Part shown: positions 19,348 through 28,642 of the stretch, one piece after another
How positions within the stretch are numbered: the first letter of the stretch is position 1
Layout: each line of letters opens with the position of its first letter
Virus record (IMG/VR): IMGVR_UViG_3300007619_000129
Location: 24,567 to 88,566 of that record
Direction: 5' to 3' (one strand)
DNA: 64,000 nucleotides
Source: a virus
Notes under the pieces: model-generated
What the model was told of the DNA's origin: nothing
Seen by the model: only the letters and a program-made list of their open reading frames with translations
The model's database searches: none
Program-made: the position numbers and the translations under genes

Positions 19348-21033
19348 TTATATTTCCTTTTTCTTCAAAATTAAAAATGGCTCCATTTTCATTAAGTTAT
19401 CAGTTCCTACCTTTTTACTTAAGTGACTCTTACTAAATCTCATATAAAACGTATCAACATGTTTAAATCCTATCGAAATAGCTATTGATTTCATTGTATC
19501 TAATATTTCATAATTTTTATGTTTTTTGCATACATTGAATATAAAAATACCATTATCATTTAGACAATTATAAATTTTTTTCACCGTATTGAACCAATAC
19601 TCATTTATAAAGTATTCATAACCATTGTTATATGCTTGTTTTTTATCATTACTATAAACTTCTTTTGAAAAATATGGCGGAGAACTCATTGCCAAATCAA
19701 CATTTTCAATGGGGTTGAAATTCTCTGACCTTTCCTCTATTAAAGATGCATTTTTCAATCCAAAATCTTCAATAATTTTTTTTCCATTATTTATTGTGGT
19801 TTCCCACGGATCTACTCCAATATATTTAATATTTCCACAAGACATTGCACCCAAAAGTCTTTGATTAAATCCTGAAGAAAAATCATAAACACTTCCGCCA
19901 TTCGGTAAGAATTTTTTATATATAAATTTTGCAACAGTAGGTCTAAAATTAGACGTAACTGGAACTAATCTCATACTTCTAAATCCTTGTCTTAACATAT
20001 TCCCCGTCATTGTAAATGGATGAGAAACTCCTCTATAATAAAAGGTTATTCCCAATCTATTTTTTATTACTTTCATTAATGTTTCATCATCATTAAATGC
20101 CTCAACCATACTTCTTGATTTTTTATTATCCTCTTTAACAAAAAAGAAATGTGGAGAATAAGTTTTAAAAATAAGGTTTCCTATTGTTGAACCAGAACTT
20201 ATAATTTTCTTTTCTTTGTCAAATATTGATTCAACATCAAAATTACACAACTTTTCCCAATCCTTATCTAATTCCTCTTTTGTATAGACCGGAAAGGGAA
20301 AATATCTAGATCGAAAATAATCAAATAAAAACTCAGCAACCTCTTCTTTTTTATTTTCACTCATTTCAAATATGTTTTTAACAGTAAGAGGAATGTTTTT
20401 ATATCTGATTATATAATCAGTACCATATCTTGATAAATCATTATTGTTTCTTGTAAATTTAGTTTCTTTTTTATTCCTTTTTAAAATACTTTCTGTGTTT
20501 GCCCTCACACTTTTCTTTTTTTTTGTTATTATCATAGGCATTTTTAGTGCATTTTTATCAAAAAATTCTACTTTTTTGCCTTCCTCCATAAACAAAATCA
20601 ACTCCATTGTATAAGTGGCATGTGTTTCCTCTTTAATAAAATTAAAACCATATTTCTTATAAAATTTTATTGCTATTTCATTAATTTTTGCTACTCTAAG
20701 ACGAATATTTCTTTTTTCTTTTTTTGCTTTGTCAATTAGGGCACTTAAAAGTTTTGAGCCAACACCTTTCCCGCGCACCGCGGAATCAATCGCCATTTTT
20801 TCAAGTAAAAAATATGGTTCCTTTTTATATCTTTTCCAAATCAAATAACCCACTATATTATCATTTTCACTAATAGCATAAATAACCCTGTCTTCATTTG
20901 TTCTTTTTACAATAGAAGAACGATATATTGGTCCCATTATTTTTTGCTTTGTATACGGTTTTGTCAAGTCAATTATTTTTTGAACCGTTTGATCGTTTTT
21001 AACATTGATTTTCTCTGAAATGTCAAAATCCAT
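19348..21033 (-). CDS. GNAT acetyltransferase - amino (N4C/N6A) DNA methyltransferase fusion
   Basis: N-terminal GNAT: AIDSAVRGKGVGSKLL, L.V...N..AIKFYKKYGF. C-terminal MTase: motif I YDFSSGF..RLLGA and motif IV SSPPYF..E.Y, then L...G.F.FN. Confidence 0.85.
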   Translation of the reverse strand: MDFDISEKINVKNDQTVQKIIDLTKPYTKQKIMGPIYRSSIVKRTNEDRVIYAISENDNIVGYLIWKRYKKEPYFLLEKMAIDSAVRGKGVGSKLLSALIDKAKKEKRNIRLRVAKINEIAIKFYKKYGFNFIKEETHATYTMELILFMEEGKKVEFFDKNALKMPMIITKKKKSVRANTESILKRNKKETKFTRNNNDLSRYGTDYIIRYKNIPLTVKNIFEMSENKKEEVAEFLFDYFRSRYFPFPVYTKEELDKDWEKLCNFDVESIFDKEKKIISSGSTIGNLIFKTYSPHFFFVKEDNKKSRSMVEAFNDDETLMKVIKNRLGITFYYRGVSHPFTMTGNMLRQGFRSMRLVPVTSNFRPTVAKFIYKKFLPNGGSVYDFSSGFNQRLLGAMSCGNIKYIGVDPWETTINNGKKIIEDFGLKNASLIEERSENFNPIENVDLAMSSPPYFSKEVYSNDKKQAYNNGYEYFINEYWFNTVKKIYNCLNDNGIFIFNVCKKHKNYEILDTMKSIAISIGFKHVDTFYMRFSKSHLSKKVGTDNLMKMEPFLILKKKEI

Positions 21034-21039
21034 ATTTCT

Positions 21040-21069
21040 ATATTACCACAATTTCCCCATACTTTACAA
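21040..21069 (-). promoter_or_regulatory. Sigma70-like promoter for the GNAT-MTase gene (likely leaderless)
   Basis: Minus strand TTGTAA-N18-TAATAT with TG at the extended -10 position; ATG 6 nt after the -10. Confidence 0.5.
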
Positions 21070-21085
21070 ACAAAAAGTTTTAATT

Positions 21086-21505
21086 CTACCTAACTTTAAC
21101 GTACCAATTTTGTTGTTTTGATGTTTTTTTCTTATGACAATTAGCACACAATATTTGACACTTACTTATTTCTTTTAAAACCCTTTCCCAGCACCACTTT
21201 CCAATTGCCCACGAAATATTAACTTCCTTATCAAATAAATGATCAAATTCAAGACATACTGGATCAGACTCTCCACAAATTACACATGGGTGTTTCAAAA
21301 GATATTGATATAATAGTTTTTTTCTTTTGTTAGCACTATTTGTAGCATAATTTATATAATATTGTTTATTATTATTATAATATTTTTTCCTTAATTTCTT
21401 AGAACAATCTTTGCACCTATGAGAATATCCATCTTTTGATGATCTGTCCTTATAAAAATTATTCATCGTTTTTATATTTTTACATTTACTACAACTTTTG
21501 TCCAT
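21086..21505 (-). CDS. HNH endonuclease (free-standing, probable homing endonuclease)
   Basis: N-terminal CxxC..FYK....DG....CxxC zinc domain, then CVICGE.DP..LEFDH ... KC.ILCANCH..KT. Confidence 0.85.
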   Translation of the reverse strand: MDKSCSKCKNIKTMNNFYKDRSSKDGYSHRCKDCSKKLRKKYYNNNKQYYINYATNSANKRKKLLYQYLLKHPCVICGESDPVCLEFDHLFDKEVNISWAIGKWCWERVLKEISKCQILCANCHKKKTSKQQNWYVKVR

Positions 21506-21510
21506 AATTT

Positions 21511-22965
21511 TTATATTTTCTTTTCATAAAGATAATTTCCACACCCATATATCCTATATACACCATTTTCTTCCGCAACTTGCTTTTCTGTTTTTCCTGG
21601 TTGGGCTCGAAACATAAATCTATTATATCTTATTGTACCATCTGTATACCAAAAATCTATACCAGTATCTGAAACCCATTCAAATCCACAAGACCTATAC
21701 ACATTGCCGTCTCCCCACCTCAAATCAGAATATGTTATTATTTTTTTATATCCCTTATCACTCATCCACTTCTCCACACTTTTCATTAATTTACTAAATC
21801 CACCTATTACCTGGACATTTAAGGCTGTTGCGAATCTTGATATTTCAATATTGTTTTTATATTTCTTATGGTTTGGCTTTCTAAGGGCTATTGCACAAAC
21901 TAATTTATTCTCATAATAAAGTCCGAAACTTATTTTAGATCTTGTATAACCCGATATATGATTCTCTTCAAAAAATAGTTTAGAAATTTTTCTATGAATT
22001 TCTCTTATTTCACATTTTCTTGCACCAATTTTTATATCGGTTAACCCTAATTTGTTTTTTATAATTGATTTTACTATTTCGTTCTTCTCAATCCATTCAT
22101 CAGAAAATATCTGAATAAGATTTATTTTTTTCTGTCTGCACAACAACATTTTATCTCTATGAGAATTTTTGTCCCAATACTTGTTTTTATTATTATTATT
22201 TTCCATATGCCAATAAAGTCCGTGATATTCAATTCCAACCATTTTATCTGGAATAAAAACATCAATTTCTTTAGGGGCAATTGATTTTCTATCACTTTGT
22301 ATTGTTTTTATGCCTAATGACTTTATAAAATCTAATACCTCCACTTCAGCCCTGGAGGTTATACAAGGATAACATTTAATACACAAAGACTTTCTCTCAA
22401 ACGCTTGTAAAGTTTTTCTTTGTTCTGTACCACACTTTTTGCAAATAATATCAAGATATTGATGTTGTCTTGAATAATATTCACTATATTTTGTTTTAAC
22501 TTCAAATTCTAAACCCCTTTCCAAAAGCCTTAATTTATACTCTTCCTCACTAAGAGACTTCTTTTTCTTAATCTTATTAATAGATTCAGGAGTATGTTTT
22601 TTCCCATAAAATCCATTTTTCTCACCATAATGAACGTGCTTTAATATTCTTGGATCGGTTTCTTTAGTTTTGTTTTTATTCCACGCTTCAGCTTTTCCAC
22701 CAATCTTGCCACCTTCTGATGACGCCTTACAAGAATGTTCCTTACAATATTTTTTATATGTGAATCTAATATATCTTGTTTCTCTTATGCAAGACCTTTC
22801 AGCACATATCGGTCTTTTGCCATTATAAAAATATTTGTTTGTATATTCTAATGATGATATTTTGTGTTTCCTAAGGTGATAAGAAAATTCTTTCAAATCA
22901 TTAAAAATAACATTACAGATATTACAAATTATTGGTGGTTTTCTTCCTTGATATTTTATAGTCAT
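21511..22965 (-). CDS. Hef-like homing endonuclease (C2H2 finger, NUMOD3-like, PD-(D/E)xK, C-terminal GNAT-like domain)
   Basis: C..C............H...H; NGFYGKKHT.ES..KI; S.AE.EV..FI..L ... EIDVFIP....GIEYHGLYWH; EISRFA......V.GGFSKL ... IITYSDLRW..G.VY...GF. Confidence 0.8.
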   Translation of the reverse strand: MTIKYQGRKPPIICNICNVIFNDLKEFSYHLRKHKISSLEYTNKYFYNGKRPICAERSCIRETRYIRFTYKKYCKEHSCKASSEGGKIGGKAEAWNKNKTKETDPRILKHVHYGEKNGFYGKKHTPESINKIKKKKSLSEEEYKLRLLERGLEFEVKTKYSEYYSRQHQYLDIICKKCGTEQRKTLQAFERKSLCIKCYPCITSRAEVEVLDFIKSLGIKTIQSDRKSIAPKEIDVFIPDKMVGIEYHGLYWHMENNNNKNKYWDKNSHRDKMLLCRQKKINLIQIFSDEWIEKNEIVKSIIKNKLGLTDIKIGARKCEIREIHRKISKLFFEENHISGYTRSKISFGLYYENKLVCAIALRKPNHKKYKNNIEISRFATALNVQVIGGFSKLMKSVEKWMSDKGYKKIITYSDLRWGDGNVYRSCGFEWVSDTGIDFWYTDGTIRYNRFMFRAQPGKTEKQVAEENGVYRIYGCGNYLYEKKI

Positions 22966-22974
22966 AATATTTGA

Positions 22975-22983
22975 AGCATATCA
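22975..22983 (-). promoter_or_regulatory. Extended -10 element (TGATATGCT) upstream of the Hef-like gene
   Basis: TGnTAnnnT pattern 9 nt before ATG 22965, downstream of the capsid terminator. Confidence 0.4.
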
Positions 22984-23110
22984 CAAACCAGGATCTAACT
23001 CCCCGAAAGGGTGTCGGTACAAATCTCTTATTTGTTCAATGTTTACAGATATATAGACTTTTTTCTGTTGTTCTGTGAGATTTCTCACTAGTTTTACAGT
23101 GTGTAAAAAT

Positions 23111-23140
23111 AAAACAAAAAAGGGGTTTGAAAAAACCCCT
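23111..23140 (-). terminator. Rho-independent terminator after the major capsid gene
   Basis: Minus strand AGGGGTTT-TTTC-AAACCCCT followed by TTTTTGTTTT. Confidence 0.85.
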
Positions 23141-23166
23141 CTCTTGTGATAGTCTATTTCTATGAT

Positions 23167-25059
23167 TTAGATAGTATTCATGTCAAGAACAGTAACTGTT
23201 CCATAAAAATCGCTTCTTACCATCTTCTTACCATATCTCGTCATGACACCTTTGCGTGGCGTGAAATCTTCTGGTCCAAAGATTGTTGGGGTAACGATAA
23301 GTGGTACATATGGTGCATACACATATCCAGTTTCAAGATATGTTCCACCTTTGTATCCAAGTAGAACCTTATTTCGTGGGAAATATGGATCTTTATAGAC
23401 CTGGAATCGTTGAGTTAGTGAACCAACTCTTTCGGCTCCGATTGAGAATGGAGTTGCTACTTGACCATTACCATCAAGGTTATAATTACTTCGGTATAGA
23501 GTGGTCTGTTCAAGGATTGTACAGACATCTGGTGAAGTTACAACAAAGTTGGCTGAACCACGAAGTGTTTTTCTGTGAATAGTGTTAGCAGCATCAATAA
23601 TGGTCTCAACAAGAGTCTCGTACCATTCTCTAACTGTACCAGTGAATGCTGGACCTGGATCAAGAGTGCTGGTTAGCTGTACTAGTGAACCATTTTCTTT
23701 GTTCACAAACTTACCCGGCGATCTACTCCAATATAGGTTAGCTCCATTAGCTTCTGTTAGAAGATCATTAAGAATTTCTCTATCAATATCAACAGCAACC
23801 TGTTCAGATAGAATCTTAGTTAGCTCAACCTCAGCATCAAGACTGTGGAAAGCATTAAGATCCTGAGCAAGCTCTGGAGACCATCGAGCTCGTAGCTTTC
23901 GTGAAGTGGCTACAACGCTGATCTGTTCAATCTTAATGTCAATTTCAGGGATTGTTGGGGTTGGAGTCGCACCGAAGTCAGACTCAAAGCTTGGAATAAC
24001 AAGAGTGTCACCATCAGTTCCACCAATATTATTCACGTCAGACTTTACCATGCTTACGTGGATATTGTCTGAACCAATCTGTGGTACAGTTCCACCATTA
24101 GAAAGTCGTAGAACAAACTTAATGTGATCACCACCAAGTGGGTCTGGTGTCCAAGTTGAACCGTCCCAATCTCCTCTCTCGTTTAGTCGACGAAGATTTA
24201 GAACTCCAGCACCAGCCTGATATTTCTCTCCCCAAGCAACAGCTCCCTGTACAGATGGAAGATCTGTAATGGTAATTTGCTTGACTTCCTGTAGATCGCC
24301 ATTACTGATTTTGCTTGTAAGCTCAGCAGTACTGATGAAAAGGAAAGTAAGATCAAGAACGTTGTCTTCAAGATCTCTCTGAATATCAGGGTCAAAGCCA
24401 GCCAAGCGAGCATTGGTACCTGTAAAGTCAGAGGAAGTATCAACAACTGAAGCTGATGTGAAGGCTTCGCTTGCGCCAGTGAAGGCACCAAGTCCAAGAC
24501 CATCGCCAGCTACTGAACCAGTACCTACGGTTAGAGAACCGCTGTGTACTTTAGTATATCCAGTACCAACCAAGTCATATTGTCCACCTGTTGCAAGTGA
24601 ACCTGAACGGACACCAGCACCAGCTGGATTGTTATAAATTGACTGACCGGCTTGGTATGTATTGTCAGTAGCTGATGCTTCACCACCTACATTGTTACCA
24701 TAAGTGTAATCAAGGTAGAAAAGTAATCCAGCTGGAAGACTCATTGGCTGAATTGACACAAGATCATTAGCCACTAGCCCACCGAATACTCGACGTACAA
24801 TTGGGAACGCAACATTTGTAAAACCTCGGATATTGCCAGAAGATGTTAGGGCTCCTGCTCCGGTTGATAGGGATGAAGTCTCTCGAAGTAGCTCAGCAGC
24901 TTGGTTTTCAAGCAATCGAGCCATATTTTCTCGGTCATATCCCCCAAGATTTTTTAGTAGACCAGTTCTGGCCCATTTTTCAACAAGACGACGAGACTCC
25001 GCACCAACGTGCCGTTCTCTAATGTCTTCTGTTAATTTCTCTAGTGAAAACTTACTCAT
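23167..25059 (-). CDS. gp23: Major capsid protein (T4 gp23-like)
   Basis: A.LLENQ, PIVRRVF..L.AN.LVS.QPM.LP.GL.FY, RKLRA.WSPELAQDL.A.H.LDAE.EL, GY.YAPYVPL, F.PRKGVMTRY. AGGAG Shine-Dalgarno. Confidence 0.97.
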   Translation of the reverse strand: MSKFSLEKLTEDIRERHVGAESRRLVEKWARTGLLKNLGGYDRENMARLLENQAAELLRETSSLSTGAGALTSSGNIRGFTNVAFPIVRRVFGGLVANDLVSIQPMSLPAGLLFYLDYTYGNNVGGEASATDNTYQAGQSIYNNPAGAGVRSGSLATGGQYDLVGTGYTKVHSGSLTVGTGSVAGDGLGLGAFTGASEAFTSASVVDTSSDFTGTNARLAGFDPDIQRDLEDNVLDLTFLFISTAELTSKISNGDLQEVKQITITDLPSVQGAVAWGEKYQAGAGVLNLRRLNERGDWDGSTWTPDPLGGDHIKFVLRLSNGGTVPQIGSDNIHVSMVKSDVNNIGGTDGDTLVIPSFESDFGATPTPTIPEIDIKIEQISVVATSRKLRARWSPELAQDLNAFHSLDAEVELTKILSEQVAVDIDREILNDLLTEANGANLYWSRSPGKFVNKENGSLVQLTSTLDPGPAFTGTVREWYETLVETIIDAANTIHRKTLRGSANFVVTSPDVCTILEQTTLYRSNYNLDGNGQVATPFSIGAERVGSLTQRFQVYKDPYFPRNKVLLGYKGGTYLETGYVYAPYVPLIVTPTIFGPEDFTPRKGVMTRYGKKMVRSDFYGTVTVLDMNTI

Positions 25060-25112
25060 TTGTTTCTCCTATTATTATTATATATTCTCCAAAAAGTTAA
25101 AAATGCATTGAT

Positions 25113-27257
25113 TTATGCATCAAAAGCGAGTTTTTGCCAGCGCTGTACTTCAGGACTGACTGACTCATTGAGTGTTTTTTCAGACGAAGCGCCTGATTTG
25201 GTTGGTTTAGATGAAGACCCTCGAACATTTCCTTCACGAAGCTTTTTCTTTCCCTTATTGCTAAGTGCTTCGGTAAGTGCCTTATAGATCTTTCGTACTT
25301 CCTTCAACGACTCAGCTCCATCGATTGCATCAATAACTTTCATGCGCATTTTCGGAGTAAGACTCTCGTTCTGGAGTAATTTGTTAGCGTGAACAATTTT
25401 TTCATTGAAAAGAGATTGCTCTGCTAGTTCTTTTCGTAGCTTGGCAGTATATTTTTTAAATTTGCCAATTGTTTCTTTAAGTTCACGATTCATGCGTGCA
25501 CTTTCTTTTAATTTCTTTGTAAGGTTTTCTGTAGTAACATCAGCGTCAGATGTATCTCTAAAGGGTTCTTTCCAAACGTCTCCGCCACCATACTGGTCAG
25601 CTTTTGGATCGGTCATCTTGTCACTAACGTCATAAGCCTCATTTTTGGCTTTTCCTTTCATTCTCTTAAGTTCTCTTCGTAGAGCAGCTTCAGAAATCTC
25701 ATAAACTTCACCTTCGCTAAGACCATCTTCTGATTCCTTAACTTCCTCCCCGTCCATTTCCTCGTCTTCCATTTCGTCAAGTTCGTCAAGCTCGTCAAGC
25801 TCAGATAGTTCTTCTGATTCAGAAACTTCCTCTGATTCGCTTGTATTTTCAGCTTCAGACATTTCGTCCTCTGATTCGGCCATTGATTCTAATTCTGCTA
25901 CAATTTCATTAACATCCATTTCTTCTTCTCCGTCTTCATCATCAAGATCAAGATCAAGTTCTCCGCCTTCACTACCACCTTCAAGATCTTCACCGGCGTC
26001 GGCATCTTCGGCAGCAGCTTGGACGTCTACATTTATTCCAGAAACATCAAGTCCTTCCTCGTCATCTCCTGGTAAATCAACTTGAAGTTCAGCATCCATT
26101 TCTCCATAAAGTCCTTCAACTTCTGGTTCACCTTCGTCTGTGTCTAAGTCTAAATCTAATTCTTCTCCGCCCATCTCGTCTCCCATTGGCTCGTCCATTG
26201 GATCTTCCATTGGAAGTTCCATTGGAAGTTCTTCTCCACTCATCCCCATCCCATCATCAACTGCTGGCTTAACTTCAACGTCAAGCTCTCCCAAATCTGT
26301 TTCGTCTGGAAGTCCCTTGAGTAGCAGGGTAAAGTCAGCTTCGCTTAATATATTTCTTGCCATTTTGTGTAGCTCCCTGTATAAGTTACTTATGTTGTTA
26401 CAAACCCTTTTTACGTCTTGTGTTTCATTAATTTTTGATAATGACTTGGTAAATTTGAACAATTTCACTGATTCTCCAAGCATTCTTCCCAATGTTAAGG
26501 AAAGCTCTTTTGAAGATTCTTTTACCAAATTATCGCCTGATGCTTTGATTAGACGATTTATACCAATAGTTCTTTTCCCCAAATTAACGAAACCCTCTTC
26601 AATAACAGAAAGTCTCGCCGGTACATATAATTTGTTAATTTCTCTATAAATTGACTCAAGTTTTTTCTCTACAATTTCACAAGTTTCAGAAGAAATTTTA
26701 TCTTCACCCTTTGATTCTTGTAGTTTTTTATACAACTTTTCAGTTTCAACCTTAAATTGTCTTATTTTTTCTGAATATTTTACACTTTCTGAAATCAAAC
26801 CTTTGTTTTTCTTAATTTTTGACAATTTATCAGAAAGCTCTAATACTCTTATTCCATAATAATCTGCTTCTGAATTAGCAATATCAACCAATGCCCTTAA
26901 GGATTCTGTCGTAAGCTCAACTGTTTCACCAGTATCTTTAGTTACATTTACAACGGGACTATCAGCACGGACATCATCAACATCTAAAGTAACTTTTCCA
27001 CTAGAGTCAGGAACATTCATTGGTAATGGTGGACCGTCCCCTGAAAGAGTGTTCAACGCATCAATATCAGACATAACATCCTGCAATACATTTTTTTCAT
27101 CCTCTTCTGAATCAGACGATTCTTCCATAAGAGTTTGTTCAATTAACCTCTTTACAGTAGGCGTAATTGACTTAATAATTGCATTTTTAGCATTGTTTGT
27201 TGCTACTTCTCTAAGTTGTTTGGCTTCTGCTAGCGCTTCCTTATGCAATAATGACAA
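25113..27257 (-). CDS. Prohead core scaffold protein (gp22-equivalent position)
   Basis: Directly upstream of the MCP. EALAEAK.LRE.A..NAK at the N-terminus, very acidic centre, C-terminal coiled coil ending RWQKLA. Confidence 0.75.
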   Translation of the reverse strand: MSLLHKEALAEAKQLREVATNNAKNAIIKSITPTVKRLIEQTLMEESSDSEEDEKNVLQDVMSDIDALNTLSGDGPPLPMNVPDSSGKVTLDVDDVRADSPVVNVTKDTGETVELTTESLRALVDIANSEADYYGIRVLELSDKLSKIKKNKGLISESVKYSEKIRQFKVETEKLYKKLQESKGEDKISSETCEIVEKKLESIYREINKLYVPARLSVIEEGFVNLGKRTIGINRLIKASGDNLVKESSKELSLTLGRMLGESVKLFKFTKSLSKINETQDVKRVCNNISNLYRELHKMARNILSEADFTLLLKGLPDETDLGELDVEVKPAVDDGMGMSGEELPMELPMEDPMDEPMGDEMGGEELDLDLDTDEGEPEVEGLYGEMDAELQVDLPGDDEEGLDVSGINVDVQAAAEDADAGEDLEGGSEGGELDLDLDDEDGEEEMDVNEIVAELESMAESEDEMSEAENTSESEEVSESEELSELDELDELDEMEDEEMDGEEVKESEDGLSEGEVYEISEAALRRELKRMKGKAKNEAYDVSDKMTDPKADQYGGGDVWKEPFRDTSDADVTTENLTKKLKESARMNRELKETIGKFKKYTAKLRKELAEQSLFNEKIVHANKLLQNESLTPKMRMKVIDAIDGAESLKEVRKIYKALTEALSNKGKKKLREGNVRGSSSKPTKSGASSEKTLNESVSPEVQRWQKLAFDA
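26184..26230. repeat. 12-nt tandem repeat, ~4 copies (encodes xxPM: ELPM ELPM EDPM DEPM)
   Basis: ccattggctcgt ccattggatctt ccattggaagtt ccattggaagtt on the plus strand. Confidence 0.7.
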
Positions 27258-27283
27258 CTTAAATCTCCCTTATTCCTTACGAA

Positions 27284-27290
27284 TAACTAT
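27284..27290 (-). promoter_or_regulatory. Putative late promoter ATAGTTA (scaffold-MCP operon)
   Basis: Same family; upstream of AGGGAG Shine-Dalgarno. Confidence 0.55.
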
Positions 27291-27318
27291 TTCCCTAAAA
27301 CTAAAAAAACTAACCACA

Positions 27319-27528
27319 TCATTTAGTGAATGTTTTTATTGAAAACGACGTATTGTCTTGTGTAGTAAAATCTTCTAATTCTTCTTCAGTCCATATGTAA
27401 TCCCATGGTTTGCAACAAAATAAATCTTCTTTCTGTTCATTACTTTTTTTAGATAAATGTTTTTTGAGAAAGGACTCAAGCCTTTCTTCTCTAACTATTT
27501 TTCTTAATTTTACTGGACTTAATTTCAC
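27319..27528 (-). CDS. Hypothetical small protein with leader MKLSPVKLRKIVREE
   Basis: GTG start with AAGG Shine-Dalgarno; CTATTTA motif upstream. Confidence 0.6.
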   Translation of the reverse strand: MKLSPVKLRKIVREERLESFLKKHLSKKSNEQKEDLFCCKPWDYIWTEEELEDFTTQDNTSFSIKTFTK

Positions 27529-27580
27529 AAACGACCTTTCTTTTTATAAATAGCGCCGTAAAAATCAAAACATTAATAAA

Positions 27581-27994
27581 TTATAAAACTAAAGAAGCAT
27601 CATGTACTCTCATTTTTACCTTTATTGTAATTGATACATCCTCTAACTCATAGAGATTACCAAAATCTACTTCATATAAATCAACAATCATTTCCCACTT
27701 TTCAAGAACATCTCCATTTTCTGATAATAATCTTATTGATGCCTTTCTTTTTTTATTAGTTTTAATAATTTCAATAACCTGTTTCGAACCACTAGGATCC
27801 ACTGAGTCATACATCACAAAGCAAATATCACAAATTTCCCAATTTCCATTATTTTGTTTTATAAATCTTGGTCGAGATGTCCTACAAATTAAGTCTGAAT
27901 CAATACCGTCAACAGAAAGAGTCCACCTAAAAGCTTTTTTAAGTTCATATTTTTTTTCAATTTCTTTTTCTTCCATTTCAAAAATACATATCAA
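27581..27994 (-). CDS. Diverged, shortened tail-tube-fold paralogue
   Basis: Aligns by eye to 6900..7388: YELKKAFRW..VDGID..L....RP vs YEPKRKYRW..IEGID..L....RP; MYDSVDPSGSKQVIE vs MYDAISPSGAQQLME; LL...G.V.E.W. Confidence 0.75.
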   Translation of the reverse strand: MICIFEMEEKEIEKKYELKKAFRWTLSVDGIDSDLICRTSRPRFIKQNNGNWEICDICFVMYDSVDPSGSKQVIEIIKTNKKRKASIRLLSENGDVLEKWEMIVDLYEVDFGNLYELEDVSITIKVKMRVHDASLVL

Positions 27995-27997
27995 AAA

Positions 27998-28642
27998 TTA
28001 TTTTCTTATTTCTTTATTTATCCTGGACTTTATAATCTTTGAAAGTTCAGATTCTGTTATCTTAATTTTTGCTTCTTGAAAGTCAAAATATTGAACTGGG
28101 TTATCCAAATCATCTTCATCAACATCACCTTCGTATGAATCCCACTGATCTTCGTCTCTTACCATTACAGACTTCAAAGTATAAGCAGGCTTTCTTCTTT
28201 TTGGTCTAACCGGATATTTTGGTGGTGTTGCTCCGGGCCAGGCATCATGACCCAAGCTATCGGGCTCAGAGGAAGCGCTACGCAATCTAAAAATATCTTC
28301 CAGTACAAGACCTACTATTTTTTTATAAGTCTCTGAAACGCCTCTGGTGCTCCCGTCAACGTAATGAAAGCGATCCCTAACCCACATACCGGCAGGATCG
28401 GAAGGAATTTTGGCATTTCCTACTTTATTTGAAAATTTATTGATGCCATCCAAACCATCAAGTCCCAATTCTTCCGGATCCCAATCGTATGCCTCTTCCT
28501 CTGGTGGTTCCCACCCATATGGAAAATCATCATGAGCTTTACCTAATTTGTCATGTCTTGTTTTTGTTGTTCCATAGCCATGTCCAGTATCGTCATCTGG
28601 ATTAAGCATATGAAAAAGATGTTCTTCAATTAGGGCTTTCAC
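27998..28642 (-). CDS. Hypothetical acidic protein, probable head-core component
   Basis: 214 aa; GTG 6 nt after ATAATTA; several L/V-x-E sites. Confidence 0.7.
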   Translation of the reverse strand: MKALIEEHLFHMLNPDDDTGHGYGTTKTRHDKLGKAHDDFPYGWEPPEEEAYDWDPEELGLDGLDGINKFSNKVGNAKIPSDPAGMWVRDRFHYVDGSTRGVSETYKKIVGLVLEDIFRLRSASSEPDSLGHDAWPGATPPKYPVRPKRRKPAYTLKSVMVRDEDQWDSYEGDVDEDDLDNPVQYFDFQEAKIKITESELSKIIKSRINKEIRK

